A stretch of 64,000 nucleotides of DNA from Candidatus Latescibacterota bacterium (GTDB taxonomy: Bacteria > Latescibacterota > UBA2968 > SICM01): the NCBI GenBank assembly GCA_965217865.1, contig CBDCJO010000002.1, forward strand, positions 3,232,001-3,296,000. Reading direction: 5' to 3'. Below, one piece after another: positions 1 through 10,703 of the stretch (within the stretch, counting starts at the first letter, position 1; each line of letters begins with the position of its first letter). The position numbers and the translations under genes were made by a program. Below the pieces are notes generated by a model, which saw only the letters and a program-made list of their open reading frames with translations, was not told where the DNA came from and did no database searches.

Positions 1-293
1 GATGTTGACCAGCACGTCCTCGACCTGAGGCCGGCCGGGTTGCTCAATTCGTCGGCGTCGGGCAATGCGGACGCTGCTGTCAGCAATACCGACAGCGATC
101 ACGACGGGGGCGTGGAGATCGTGAAGCAATCCAGTGCGACAATCATATAGGCGCTACGGGCGGCTTTGACGCAGCAATGCTTGCACACGGTGCCATACTC
201 GGCGACAACAGGGGAGCAGGGACCGGCACCGCGGCGGACGTTGTGGGGATCATGAGCGCCGCGCATATGGGTCCGCCCGAAGGGGACAGGCGA

Positions 294-3200
294 ATGAGCA
301 ACGGCTTTCAGAGAACGTTGAACCACATACGATCCATCGCCGATTCCGAAGCCCACAAGGGGCGCCTCTTCGAAAGGCTGATGAAAACGTACTTTGTGGA
401 GGACCCTCTCTACAAGGAACGTTTCTCCCACGTCTGGCTGTGGTCTGAATGGGCGGTCCTGCAGTCCGGTTTCGATGGCGCCGATACCGGTATCGATCTC
501 GTCGCCGAGGAGCGCGAAGGCGGTTACTGCGCCATTCAGTGCAAGTGCTACGCACCGGGCACGCAGATTTCGAAGCCTTACCTCGATTCGTTCATCGCCG
601 CCTCGGCCCGCGGTCCCTTCACCGCCCGCATCATGGTCGACACCGGCGATGAGTGGGGGCCGAACGCGGTCAAGACCATCGCTCCGCTGAAGCCCGCATG
701 CGCCGTGCTTCGCTTCGGCGATCTCGCAAGCCGACCGTTCGACTGGCCCGATCTGGTCCACGGCGAACCGGAAGCGCTGACGTATCGGCGCGAACTGTTC
801 AGCCTGCGCGCGCATCAGAAGACCGCACTCGACGACGTGACTGGAGGCTTCAAGACGCGTGATCGCGGCAAGTTGGTCATGGCTTGTGGCACGGGCAAGA
901 CCTTTGCAGCGCTACGCATCGCGGAAGCCGTTGCGGGTATCGGAGGCCGGGTGCTCTATCTGGTGCCGTCGATATCGCTGTTCCAGCAGTCGATGCGCGA
1001 ATGGGCGACGCAACGGGCGATCCCGCATCGCTACATCGGGATCTGCTCCGATACCCGTGCCGGTCGCAACGACGAGGACGCGTCGCTTCAGGAACTCGAG
1101 ATCCCAGTCACTACGGACCCGTCGATGATTTCCCGGGCGTTGCGGTTATCGCGCCCGGACGCGATAACCGTGGTCTTTTGCACCTATCACTCGCTCGGCA
1201 TCGTGGAGCGCGCGCAAGACGACGGAGCACCGGCGTTCGATATTGTTCTTTGCGACGAGGCCCACAGGACGACGGGCATCGAGCGTCCCGGCGATCCGAC
1301 CTCGCCCTTCGTGCTGGTTCACGACGCCCAAAGAATTCGGGCCGCGAAGCGCCTCTACATGACCGCCACGCCGCGTCTCTACACGGAAGGCGCGAAAGCG
1401 AAGGCGGCAAGCCATGAGACGGAAGTATTCTCCATGGACGATCCGGTGACCTATGGGCCGGAGTTTCACCGCCTTGCCTTCTCCCGGGCCGTCGAGCAGG
1501 ACCTGTTGTCCGACTACAAGGTGGTGGTTCTCGCCCTATCCGAGCAGCATGTCGACGCCGCGTTGCAGGCGCATCTGGCTTCGGGCGACAGCAAGATTAA
1601 CATCAGCGACGCGGCGAAGATCGTCGGTTGCTGGCGCGCGTTGCAGAACCCGGAGAACAAGCGCCCCGGCGATGGACCGATTTCCCATCTCACCCGTGCG
1701 ATCGCGTTCACCAACACCATTAAATTCTCGAAGCGCTTGGTGGCTCATTGGGACAACATCGTCGGGCAAGCCATCGAACAGCTGCCCGAGGCGGCGCGGC
1801 CCGGTGCCTTCCGCTGCGAGACGCGCCACGTCGATGGACAGGACCACGCGCTCGAACGCAAGCGCCGTATCGAATGGCTCAAGGGCGATTCCGGGGGAAC
1901 GTGCCGCATTCTCTCGAACGCCCGGTGTCTTTCCGAGGGCATCGACGTGCCCGCGCTGGACGCCGTGCTCTTCATGGACTCCCGAAAATCCCAGGTCGAC
2001 ATCGTGCAGGCCGTGGGCCGCGCCATGCGCAAGGCTGCGGGCAAGCAGTACGGCTACATCGTGCTTCCGGTCGCCGTTCCGGCGGGCGTCGATCCGGACA
2101 AAGCCCTCGACGACAACGAGCGGTTCGCCGTTGTCTGGGGCGTCTTGCGCGCACTGCGCTCGCACGATGACCGGTTCGATGCCGAGATCAACAAGATCGA
2201 CCTCAATGACACGCCGACGGATCGGATCATCTTCAGCGGCGACGGGATCGACGGACGGGGTGACGGTTCCAGCCCTCTCGAACTGCCCTTTCCGCCGCTG
2301 GATCTGCCGCCCGGAGCGATCTTCGCCAAGGTCGTCGAGAAATGCGGGGACCGGAAGTACTGGGAAACCTGGGCCAAGGATGTGGCCGACATCTTCTCGC
2401 GGCTCGTCCACCGGATCGAGAATCTTCTGGCCAGTTCCGATAACGAAACCCTGCGTGAATGGTTCGATGCCTTCCACGAGGAACTCAAGGTCTCGATCAA
2501 CGAGTCGATTACCCGCGACAACGCCATCGAAATGATGGCCCAGCACATCCTGACGCGGCCAGTCTTCGAGGCGCTGTTCGAGCATTACGATTTCGCCGCC
2601 GGAAACCCGGTGGCGCGGGCGCTGGACGCCTTGCGACAGGATTTCGGGGAGTTCGGGCTGGAGAACGAGACGCGGGATCTGGAGCGCTTCTACGAGAGCG
2701 TGCGCATGCGCGCTCTCGGCCTCGACAACAGCGAAGCGCGCCAGCACGTGCTGATGGAACTCTACGAGAAGTTCTTCGCCACGGCCCTCAAGAGGGACGC
2801 GGACCGCCTCGGCATCGTCTACACGCCGGTCGAGATCGTGGATTTCATCCTGAACAGCGCCGATCGCGTGGTGCGCCGGGAGTTCGGTCGAAGCCTGAGC
2901 GACGAGGACGTTCATGTCCTCGACCCGTTCACCGGCACCGGCATCTTTCTCGTCCGGCTGATCCAGTCCGCGCTAGTCCGGGAGTCCGATCTCGGGAGGA
3001 AATACCATGGAGAGTTTCACGCCAACGAGATCGTGCTGCTGGCCTACTACATCGCGGCCATTCACATCGAAGAAGCATTCCACGGGCGGCGCGGCCCCGA
3101 GAGCGCCTATGAGCCTTTCAAGGGCATCGTACTGACCGATACGTTCAATCTGCACACCGACAGGACCGGATTCCCGAAGAATTGGCTTCCGGTCAACAGC

Positions 3201-5066
3201 GCACGGGCGGAACGCCAGCAGGATCTACCGATCCAGGTCATCGTCGGTAATCCACCATGGTCGGCAGGGCAGAGGAGCTCGGCGGACGACAACCCCAACG
3301 TCGACTATCCCGAGCTTGAGAAGCGCATCGCAAAAACCTATGCGGCGCGCTCGAAGTCGACAAACAAGAACAGTCTCTATGACACCTACAAGATGGCAAT
3401 CCGCTGGGCGTCGGACCGGATCGACAAACAAGGCGTGATCGCACTCGTCACCAACGGCTCCTGGATCGACGGCAACGTGGACTCCGGCGTTCGCGCCTGC
3501 CTGGCCGAGGAGTTCAGTTCGATCTATGTTCTGAACCTGCGGGGCAATCAGCGGACTCAGGGAGAACGCTCGCGCCAGGAGGGCGGCAAGGTATTCGGCC
3601 AAGGCTCCCGTGCGCCGGTCGCGATCACGATCCTGGTCCGGAACCCGGAAGCCGTTCATGACGGCTGCCGCATCCTCTACCGCGATATTGGCGACTATCT
3701 CAGACGTGAGGAGAAGCTGGCGGTCCTGCGCGAGGCGGGGTCGATCGCTGGCATCGAGGATTGGCGAACGATCACGCCCGACCGGCATCACGACTGGATC
3801 GGCCAGCGAAGCGAGGAATTCCAAAAGCTCTATCCGGTGGGTTCAAAGACCGCGAAGGCCGGGAAGGTGGACGAGGCGATCTTCAAGCTGTTCAGCAACG
3901 GCTACTACACCGGAAGAGACGCCTACATCTACAACTTCTCCCGCAATGCTTGCGCCGAAAACGCCCGCAGAATGGTGGATGACTATCTCGGAGCCCTGCG
4001 GGAGTTGAGCAAATTCAAGAATGGATCACCCTCGGACGAGGTCATTCACGAGATCACAAGCCGCCACTCCGCAAACATTCGATGGGATCAGACACTCAAA
4101 AACAGACTGCCGGCGGGCAACCAAGCGGCCTTTGACGGAAAAAATATTCACAAAACCGTGTACCGTCCATTCATCGCCATAAACTGTTATGCCGATCAGG
4201 TCTTTGCAAAACGACCTGGTCCGAGTAGCTGGATGTTTCTTACGGGAAACCGGCAACAAAACCGTGCGATCTGCGTTCCGGGAATCGGATCGACCAAGCC
4301 GTTCTCGGCTCTCGTGGTCGACAAGATGCCGGATCTTGAACTGATATCGAAGGGCCAGTGTTTCCCTCGCTACCGGTATCGGGAGCGGGCGGAGGTGCAG
4401 CGTGAGCTTCCGGGGATCGAATCGGGCCGGGAGCGCATCGACAACATCTCAGACACGGTCTTGCGCGCCTTCCGCGTGCGTTACAACGACAACACGATCA
4501 CCAAGGACGCGATCTTCGATTACGTCTACGGCGTTCTGCATGCGTCTGCCTACCGGGAACGCTTCGCCAACGATCTGGCGAAGGAACTGCCGCGCACTCC
4601 GCTCGCGCCCGATTTCCATGCCTTTGCGAGAGCCGGGCATGAACTTGCGGAACTTCACCTGGGTTACGAGACCTGCGAGGAGTATTCGCTGGACGTTACG
4701 TTCACACAGCCCGGAGAACCGCGACCGGAGCAGTTCCGTATCGGTGAGCGGGCGATGCGATTTGGCGACGACGAAAGGGCGGTCCTCCACGTCAACGAGT
4801 ACATAAGGTTGGGCAACATTCCGGCGGCCGCACACCAGTATCAGGTCAACGGGCGGACGCCGCTGGAGTGGTTTATCGACCGCTACAAAATAACGCGGGA
4901 CAAGGAAAGCGGCATCGTCAACGATCCCAACGCCTGGTTCGAGGACCCACGGGATCTGGTCGTGGCGATCCGCCGCATCGTATATGTCAGCTTGGAGACG
5001 GCCCGCATCGTCGAGGGCTTGCCGGAGCCGTTCGATCCTGCGGAACGTCTGCAAGGAACCATATGA
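294..5066 (+). CDS. Type ISP restriction-modification enzyme (Mrr-type nuclease, SF2 helicase, N6-adenine MTase, TRD; LlaGI/LlaBIII family)
   Basis: DTGIDL...AIQCK nuclease motif, GTGKT, DEAH, TAT, QAVGRAMR helicase motifs, DPFTGTG and GNPPW MTase motifs; ATG at 294 preferred over TTG 177. Confidence 0.92.
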   Translation: MSNGFQRTLNHIRSIADSEAHKGRLFERLMKTYFVEDPLYKERFSHVWLWSEWAVLQSGFDGADTGIDLVAEEREGGYCAIQCKCYAPGTQISKPYLDSFIAASARGPFTARIMVDTGDEWGPNAVKTIAPLKPACAVLRFGDLASRPFDWPDLVHGEPEALTYRRELFSLRAHQKTALDDVTGGFKTRDRGKLVMACGTGKTFAALRIAEAVAGIGGRVLYLVPSISLFQQSMREWATQRAIPHRYIGICSDTRAGRNDEDASLQELEIPVTTDPSMISRALRLSRPDAITVVFCTYHSLGIVERAQDDGAPAFDIVLCDEAHRTTGIERPGDPTSPFVLVHDAQRIRAAKRLYMTATPRLYTEGAKAKAASHETEVFSMDDPVTYGPEFHRLAFSRAVEQDLLSDYKVVVLALSEQHVDAALQAHLASGDSKINISDAAKIVGCWRALQNPENKRPGDGPISHLTRAIAFTNTIKFSKRLVAHWDNIVGQAIEQLPEAARPGAFRCETRHVDGQDHALERKRRIEWLKGDSGGTCRILSNARCLSEGIDVPALDAVLFMDSRKSQVDIVQAVGRAMRKAAGKQYGYIVLPVAVPAGVDPDKALDDNERFAVVWGVLRALRSHDDRFDAEINKIDLNDTPTDRIIFSGDGIDGRGDGSSPLELPFPPLDLPPGAIFAKVVEKCGDRKYWETWAKDVADIFSRLVHRIENLLASSDNETLREWFDAFHEELKVSINESITRDNAIEMMAQHILTRPVFEALFEHYDFAAGNPVARALDALRQDFGEFGLENETRDLERFYESVRMRALGLDNSEARQHVLMELYEKFFATALKRDADRLGIVYTPVEIVDFILNSADRVVRREFGRSLSDEDVHVLDPFTGTGIFLVRLIQSALVRESDLGRKYHGEFHANEIVLLAYYIAAIHIEEAFHGRRGPESAYEPFKGIVLTDTFNLHTDRTGFPKNWLPVNSARAERQQDLPIQVIVGNPPWSAGQRSSADDNPNVDYPELEKRIAKTYAARSKSTNKNSLYDTYKMAIRWASDRIDKQGVIALVTNGSWIDGNVDSGVRACLAEEFSSIYVLNLRGNQRTQGERSRQEGGKVFGQGSRAPVAITILVRNPEAVHDGCRILYRDIGDYLRREEKLAVLREAGSIAGIEDWRTITPDRHHDWIGQRSEEFQKLYPVGSKTAKAGKVDEAIFKLFSNGYYTGRDAYIYNFSRNACAENARRMVDDYLGALRELSKFKNGSPSDEVIHEITSRHSANIRWDQTLKNRLPAGNQAAFDGKNIHKTVYRPFIAINCYADQVFAKRPGPSSWMFLTGNRQQNRAICVPGIGSTKPFSALVVDKMPDLELISKGQCFPRYRYRERAEVQRELPGIESGRERIDNISDTVLRAFRVRYNDNTITKDAIFDYVYGVLHASAYRERFANDLAKELPRTPLAPDFHAFARAGHELAELHLGYETCEEYSLDVTFTQPGEPRPEQFRIGERAMRFGDDERAVLHVNEYIRLGNIPAAAHQYQVNGRTPLEWFIDRYKITRDKESGIVNDPNAWFEDPRDLVVAIRRIVYVSLETARIVEGLPEPFDPAERLQGTI

Positions 5067-5209
5067 ACGGCGTTGTAGTCATGTGCACGCATAGCCCAAT
5101 GGTTCTCTGGTGTTAGTGGAATTCTCAGGACTTCACTGATCACGCCGACCGCTTTACTGAGATATCAGCAGCGGTCATGCGCGCCATTTCAACATAAGGG
5201 AACAAATCA

Positions 5210-5483
5210 GTGATTGACGTAATTTCCAAACCCGCTGATCAAATTGGCTTGAGTGACATTGAGGCATTAATCACTTCACAAGTCCCGGAAGGCGAGCAGA
5301 TTGAATTCAAGGAGAGCTTGTCCGAAAAAGGTAAATCTTCCGATCCCTGGATGGAAGGTAAGGTTCGAATTGGTGACCGAGCGAGAAACAAGGTGCTTGA
5401 GGAGGCCGTTGCCTTCGCAAATTCTCATGGTGGCGCTCTGCTGATTGGTATCAAGGAGTCCGGTACGAAACCTCCTGTTGCTA
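5210..5483 (+). pseudogene. Schlafen/AlbA_2-domain protein, truncated
   Basis: EGEQIEFKE and AFANSHGGALLIGI motifs, then abrupt switch to unrelated sequence. Confidence 0.8.
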
Positions 5484-5560
5484 CCATCGCCGCGCGTTCC
5501 TCCCACGCCTCATCGCTGTTCTTTACGCTGGAACCGCTCTTGGGGGGTGTCACGGCTTGA
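5484..5560 (-). pseudogene. Short fragment of a primase-tail-like gene
   Basis: Reads DEAWEERAAM, resembling AFDERAGIMEHEGG at ~31640-31680. Confidence 0.4.
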
Positions 5561-5576
5561 AGATTCTGCTTTTGAC

Positions 5577-6551
5577 ATGATTCAAATCCACCGAAGATTT
5601 GTTCTGCAGCTTGAAGGATTTGTCATGGTTGCGGCAGGTCTGTCCTCCGCAGTGATGGCGCCGCTTGAATTCTCTCTCTTCAAGGATATCACGAAGGACC
5701 TTGTCGGATTCGGCTACCTTGGCTTTGCGGCGCATTCAGGCCAGATTTTTGGCTTTTATCTAGTTGCCCTTGTGCTTCTTCCACTTGGGTACGGTCATCT
5801 TCTTCTAAGATCCTGGGCACACAAGCTCAGCTTAACGGCCCTGTGGTCGTGGCTCATATTAGGTATTCCATGTATGGCATTCGTGATGTACATCTTTGTC
5901 GCTTACAAGAATCCCACAGATCTCACCACGCTATTTTTTGGTGTATCTACTCTATTCATTTATCCGGTTCTGCCTTTTGCCCTCGTTCTGTTCTATCGTA
6001 GTTCAGATACGCAAGCACAGTTTCATAGCAAAGACCATCTCACTTGGATTGAGACAGCGCCACAGCCGGTGCTAATCCTTGGCTCAGTCGTGACCTTTTA
6101 TGTCTTTGCTTTTCACTTACCCCTATTTCTGAACGGGGTTGTTCCGTTTGGATGTGTCTTTCTGTCAGGCCTCGGAGGCTACACGCTCGCAGCTACAGCA
6201 ATTCTGGGATTATCATTCGTTGCGTTGGGATTGTTCAATCAACGCCGTTGGGCATGGTTCGGTGGGATGGCATGTTTTACTACGATGGCAATGGACTTCC
6301 CCCTCGCGTTCTTGTGTTCTGGTTCGACAGAATTCCTCCGGCAACTTGGGGTATCGGATTTGGACGTGTCTTTGGTCGAGCTACAATTTCCAAGTGCACA
6401 GATCGCACTATTTCTAGCACTTCCAACAGTGAGCGCTCTGTTCACCTTATTGTTTAACCGTCGATATTTTGATCGGGTTGCGACAAAGGCGGAGCTTTGG
6501 ATGGGTCTGCTGGCCGTGGTGATTCTGATTCGCCTTTGGTCTAAAGTCTGA
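5577..6551 (+). CDS. Multi-pass membrane protein, integron cassette (5' end probably lost)
   Basis: Many hydrophobic segments; attC R'' box 16 bp after stop. Confidence 0.6.
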   Translation: MIQIHRRFVLQLEGFVMVAAGLSSAVMAPLEFSLFKDITKDLVGFGYLGFAAHSGQIFGFYLVALVLLPLGYGHLLLRSWAHKLSLTALWSWLILGIPCMAFVMYIFVAYKNPTDLTTLFFGVSTLFIYPVLPFALVLFYRSSDTQAQFHSKDHLTWIETAPQPVLILGSVVTFYVFAFHLPLFLNGVVPFGCVFLSGLGGYTLAATAILGLSFVALGLFNQRRWAWFGGMACFTTMAMDFPLAFLCSGSTEFLRQLGVSDLDVSLVELQFPSAQIALFLALPTVSALFTLLFNRRYFDRVATKAELWMGLLAVVILIRLWSKV

Positions 6552-6817
6552 TTTTAAGGATACTGTATATAACACCGAGTGCCCGCCTCCGCTTCGCTCC
6601 GGAGGAACCTGCTGCGCAGGTTCGGGCACTCTTGAACTACATGCGGAAAGTCAAGAGCAAAGTTGACGATTTCGAGGTTGGATGAGATTTTTTATGCCGG
6701 TTTTCTCAGCGTCAAGGGGTGTAAAGTGGACATTCTTACTATGTTCGGAGCGCAGTTCGCCCTTATGGTGCAGGACCGGTCTTTGAAGAGGGGCGAAGCT
6801 CCCGTGTGGGGGGTGGT

Positions 6818-6985
6818 GTCTTCCGATACCAACTTACATCCGCGGCCGGCACTCTTGTTTGTGTGAGTAGGTGTGCCGGTCTTCGCGCATTTTCTAATCC
6901 GATCCAGGAAGACGGGGAGGCCTGCGGATCTGTTAGCCGAAGCGACTCCTATCGGAGCCCTCCTCTCAAGCCAGTTCTGCAGGCC
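6818..6985 (-). ncRNA. Candidate bridge RNA of IS110 element A
   Basis: Two stem-closed internal loops (6919-6985, 6818-6913) containing short matches to target and donor junctions. Confidence 0.55.
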
Positions 6986-7095
6986 GCCCCTGGCCGCCTT
7001 GGAAGGCGGCAGCTTGTGTAACCGGTCCGGCAGGAGACTGCACCGGATGTGAATCGAGCAGCGATGTCAAAGAGCGAGTGTGACCGCGGCAGCGG

Positions 7096-8427
7096 TCAGG
7101 CGGCGGCGCGAGCGCGCCGTCGGGGATGCTGCTTTTTCTTGTAGCGCTTCATGTAGCGCCTCTCGAGCGTTTTGAGGGATGCCGCGGGGTGGTCTCTCTC
7201 CTCGTAGAGACGATTTTCTCTGAGCAGGGCTACGATGAGCCGTAGGAGCTGGGACGAGGCGGCCACGATATTCTTGCGGTAGCACTTCTTCCTGAGCTCG
7301 CGTTCGAGGAAGCGGCGGCGGACCTGGGGCACGACCCGGGCGGTCTGTTCGGTCATCTGGTAGATGATTCGCCGCAGCCGGGGATTGCCGATCTTGCTCA
7401 TCCGCCTTTTGCCTTTGTACTTTCCGGAGTCGGCGATGCGCACGTTCGTGCCGGCGAGCTTCTCGATCTGTTTGAAGTGGGTGAAGCGGGTGGCCCCTCG
7501 CGTCTCCGCGGTAAATTGGGCAGCCAGGTTTTTGTTGATGTTGGGGATCGAGTCGACGATTTGGAAAGTCGGATCCTGCTGAGTGCGGGCGATCATCGCC
7601 TGCTCCACAGCTTTGAGTTGCGTCTCGGTCCGCCGGAGCGCCTCGATCCAGCCATTCAGGATGATGCGGAGGACATCTTCCTGGCCCTCGACCGGGATCC
7701 CGATGGAGGTCCGGGCCTCCTCCTTCAGCTTCTGCAGCGTCGCCACCCCGTAACTGCCTCTTGAGATCCGATGGATCTGGCGGCCCTCCTCTTCGATGTC
7801 AATTTCCTCGAAGTGGCGGGGCAAGAAATATCGCTCCAACAGGTAGCGGGAGGTCTTCGTACGAATGTTGACCGCGTGGAGGAACTCCGGGAAGACGCGT
7901 TCCATCAGAGACCGGGTGCGGAGCAGGGACTTTGTGAGGTCCTTCCGGAGCTTGTCGTAGGCGATTGAGAGCTGGTGCGCGGCCTCCATGTGAGGCTCGA
8001 ACGTCCTGAAGAGATCATAGCTTCCCTTCTGTGCGCTGTCGGCCACCAGAAAGGCATCCCTGGGATCCGACTTGGAGAAATCGCGGTGCATCATCGGTCT
8101 TGCGTGATACGTCGTGAGGGGGCTCACCAGCAGCACGCGATACCCCTTCCCCTGGAGGTAGTGGGCCAGGGTAACCCACAGATTGCAGGACGTCTCGATG
8201 GCCACCACCATCCGATCCGGCCCGCAATCTTTGATGCGTCGCTCCAGATGCTGCCAGAGGGTATGGTCATATCCCGCTCGCGTCACGGGGAATGAGAAGG
8301 CCCCGCCTTGCTGAAGTCCGGAGGGATCGAGCACCGACCCGCTGTGTTTTTCCTTGCCCGGATCGATCCCGAGGACGAAATTCTGGGAGATGGCCTGTCG
8401 TTTAAGGTGGAAGATTTTCGACTTCAT
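7096..8427 (-). CDS. IS110-family DEDD recombinase
   Basis: GID, IETS, KSDPRDA, DSGK, GNPRLR motifs all present. Confidence 0.95.
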   Translation of the reverse strand: MKSKIFHLKRQAISQNFVLGIDPGKEKHSGSVLDPSGLQQGGAFSFPVTRAGYDHTLWQHLERRIKDCGPDRMVVAIETSCNLWVTLAHYLQGKGYRVLLVSPLTTYHARPMMHRDFSKSDPRDAFLVADSAQKGSYDLFRTFEPHMEAAHQLSIAYDKLRKDLTKSLLRTRSLMERVFPEFLHAVNIRTKTSRYLLERYFLPRHFEEIDIEEEGRQIHRISRGSYGVATLQKLKEEARTSIGIPVEGQEDVLRIILNGWIEALRRTETQLKAVEQAMIARTQQDPTFQIVDSIPNINKNLAAQFTAETRGATRFTHFKQIEKLAGTNVRIADSGKYKGKRRMSKIGNPRLRRIIYQMTEQTARVVPQVRRRFLERELRKKCYRKNIVAASSQLLRLIVALLRENRLYEERDHPAASLKTLERRYMKRYKKKQHPRRRARAAA

Positions 8428-8597
8428 CGTATACCTCCAGCGTTGAGGGTTGAGTTTGCTTGCGCTTGCCGAATCTTAAGACACCTTGCCTTGCAAGGGA
8501 AGATTCAGCCCCTCAACGCTGTTTTTTCCTCCTTTACTCAATATAGAAATCGTTATCCGGCATAGGGGTTCGAAGGGGAAATGATTTCGTTGTTGTA

Positions 8598-9002
8598 GTG
8601 GGCAAACATCCAGTATCGGAGCAACAGATGGATCCGAGGGTGGTCAGACATTACGAGACGGTCAAAGACGAGGCCACTCGCCTAGCCCAGGGAACTTGCC
8701 GAGTGGAGTTCGAAAGGACGAAAGAGGTTCTGCTGAGATACTTGCCGGGCCCTCCGGCTCAAATTCTCGACATCGGAGGTGGGCCAGGTGCTTATTCATT
8801 CTGGCTGGCGGAAAAATCGTACAAAGTCCATCTGATTGACATTGTGCCCCTCCACGTGGAGCAGGCCAAGAGCAGGGAAGGTGGGGCACTTCTTGCCAGC
8901 ATCGGCCAGGGAGACGCAAGTAGACTCGACTTCGAGTCTGACTCGATGGATGTGGTGCTGCTGCTCGGTCCACATCTTCTGACGATGGCCAAGAAGAAGT
9001 GA
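8598..9002 (+). pseudogene. Class I SAM methyltransferase cassette with large in-frame internal deletion
   Basis: LDIGGGPG motif; LLLGP joined directly to C-terminal HLLTMAKKK; cassette ends complementary (TAGGGGTTCG / CGAACCCCTA). Confidence 0.75.
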
Positions 9003-9071
9003 AGACTGGTGCTGCCTGGCTGCCCGCGTCTGACTAGACTGGAGACCCCGAACCCCTACGTCCGCCTAACA

Positions 9072-10703
9072 CATATTAAAGGCCCCGGGTCAAGAAAAAA
9101 AGACTCCTCCATCACGATTTTCACCGTTTTTTTGCGACCCTAACGTTCGGGGCGTGCAATGAGCCGATCCGAAGAGGTTTGGCGATGTTCGGATCTTTGT
9201 CAGTCGTCGGTCTGACTTGATTTTCACAAACCGGGCTAGATGTGAGCCATCTGCACCAAACACGTATCGGGAATCAAGCGCCTCTCACGGTATACTGTGG
9301 AGCGCCCTGGGAGAGGCATTGTCCTCTCCCTCCAGAAAATAATCGGTACCCCTTGAGTCCCAATCAAGAAGGATGGCTGTTCTCCCCTTTTATGAGGGGG
9401 AACGCCAGTTAGGTTCGGGTTCATCGCGGGGGCAGACGGACTGACTGTCTCAGATCCGCTCATCTATGTTCTAAATAAGGGGTGAAGGCGGCTTCCCAAT
9501 CAAGCCGATGAGCTGGGCTATTGTCCGGACGTTGCCCTGCCAGTTAGGCGCCGGGTTAACCGCCCCACCCATTATGCTACAAACCGTTTCTCGTCGAATG
9601 CCTGGCCGTTTTTGAGCATTTGGTAGGCGGCCACGCCGAATTTGTGAGCGATGACGCTCTTGGCTTTTCCCGGACCTTGTTTGCTTTTGAGCTTCTCGTA
9701 GTATCTATTGATCGGTTCTGACCATCGCTGGGCGACGAGGATGATTTCTGAGAAGGCCCACTTTAGGTGTGGGTTGCCGATTTTGTTATTCCCGTCCTTT
9801 GTCTTCTTTCCAGCGGACTCTCTCTCGACTTTGATCAGCCGGCTGTAGGAGGAGAAGGCTGAAGCGGATTTGAACCGTTCAATCGTGTGGATTTCATACA
9901 GGATGGTCATGGCCAACATCTCCCCAAGTCCGGGAACCGTCATCAGGATAGACAGGACATTGCGATCGTGATGTTTGGCCTGTGCCAAGACTTGCTTCTC
10001 GACTTTGTAGATCATTTTGTCCAGGGAGTCAACCAGGTCCAGATCGCAGTCCACAGACATACTCAGATCTGGGTCGGCCAGACGTTCGCACAGCTTTCTC
10101 CTGTTGCTCTTCTTTTTGACCTGGTCGCTGAGAGGATCCAGGATAGCTTGCTGAGAGAAGGTGTTCTGGATGTGGGTGTAACACTCAGCCCGTAAGGCCA
10201 CAAACCGGTGTCTTCGCCGGAGCAGGTCCCGGGTTGCCCGCATCTCTTGCGGATAGGCATAGGCCATCGGGAACAGGTTGCAGCGCATCAGCTCAGCCAG
10301 CATTCTGGAATCGAGACGGTCGTTCTTTTTCTTGCCCCCATGGATCGCCTTCATATACAGGGCGTGTCCCAGGTAGAATGGAATCCCGGCCTTGTGACAC
10401 CCGTCAGCCAGCCAGTACCAGTTGAAGGTTGACTCCACCCCGACGGCGATGCTACCGAGGTGAGTTTCCAGCACCTGCAGCAGGAGCTTGAAGTCGTTTT
10501 TCAGGTTGCGCTGGAACACAATCTCTCCCATCTTGTCCATGATGCAGACAAACATCGTTCTGGCGTGGAGATCGATGCCACAGAAATAGTTCGAGTCGAT
10601 CCTTGCGTATTGCATAAGGCCCTCCTGTGGGAGAAAGGTGATTGAGATATCCGGATCTCAATTATAACCTCTCCTGACAACGAGGGCCTTTATATTAATA
10701 TCA
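9072..10703 (-). mobile_element. IS110/IS1111-type element B with sub-terminal IRs and 500 bp 3' non-coding end
   Basis: TAAAGGCCC / GGGCCTTTA sub-terminal IRs; CA core at both junctions. Confidence 0.88.
9572..10615 (-). CDS. IS110/IS1111-family DEDD recombinase
   Basis: GIDLH, VEST, KNDRLDS, ESAG, GNPHLK motifs. Confidence 0.95.
   Translation of the reverse strand: MQYARIDSNYFCGIDLHARTMFVCIMDKMGEIVFQRNLKNDFKLLLQVLETHLGSIAVGVESTFNWYWLADGCHKAGIPFYLGHALYMKAIHGGKKKNDRLDSRMLAELMRCNLFPMAYAYPQEMRATRDLLRRRHRFVALRAECYTHIQNTFSQQAILDPLSDQVKKKSNRRKLCERLADPDLSMSVDCDLDLVDSLDKMIYKVEKQVLAQAKHHDRNVLSILMTVPGLGEMLAMTILYEIHTIERFKSASAFSSYSRLIKVERESAGKKTKDGNNKIGNPHLKWAFSEIILVAQRWSEPINRYYEKLKSKQGPGKAKSVIAHKFGVAAYQMLKNGQAFDEKRFVA

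Larger units (their letters stand above)
6638..8551 (-). mobile_element. IS110-family element A (no sub-terminal IR seen, ~460 bp 3' non-coding end)
   Basis: Ends defined by attC reconstitution; joined ends form TTGACT-N17-TATATT. Confidence 0.85.
6567..8558 (+). other. attC site 1, split by IS110 element (6567-6637 + 8552-8558)
   Basis: ATATAAC, GAGTGCCCG/CGGGCACTC stem; removing the IS restores TTGAACGTTATCC, like GAACGTTA in attC3 and attC5. Confidence 0.85.
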
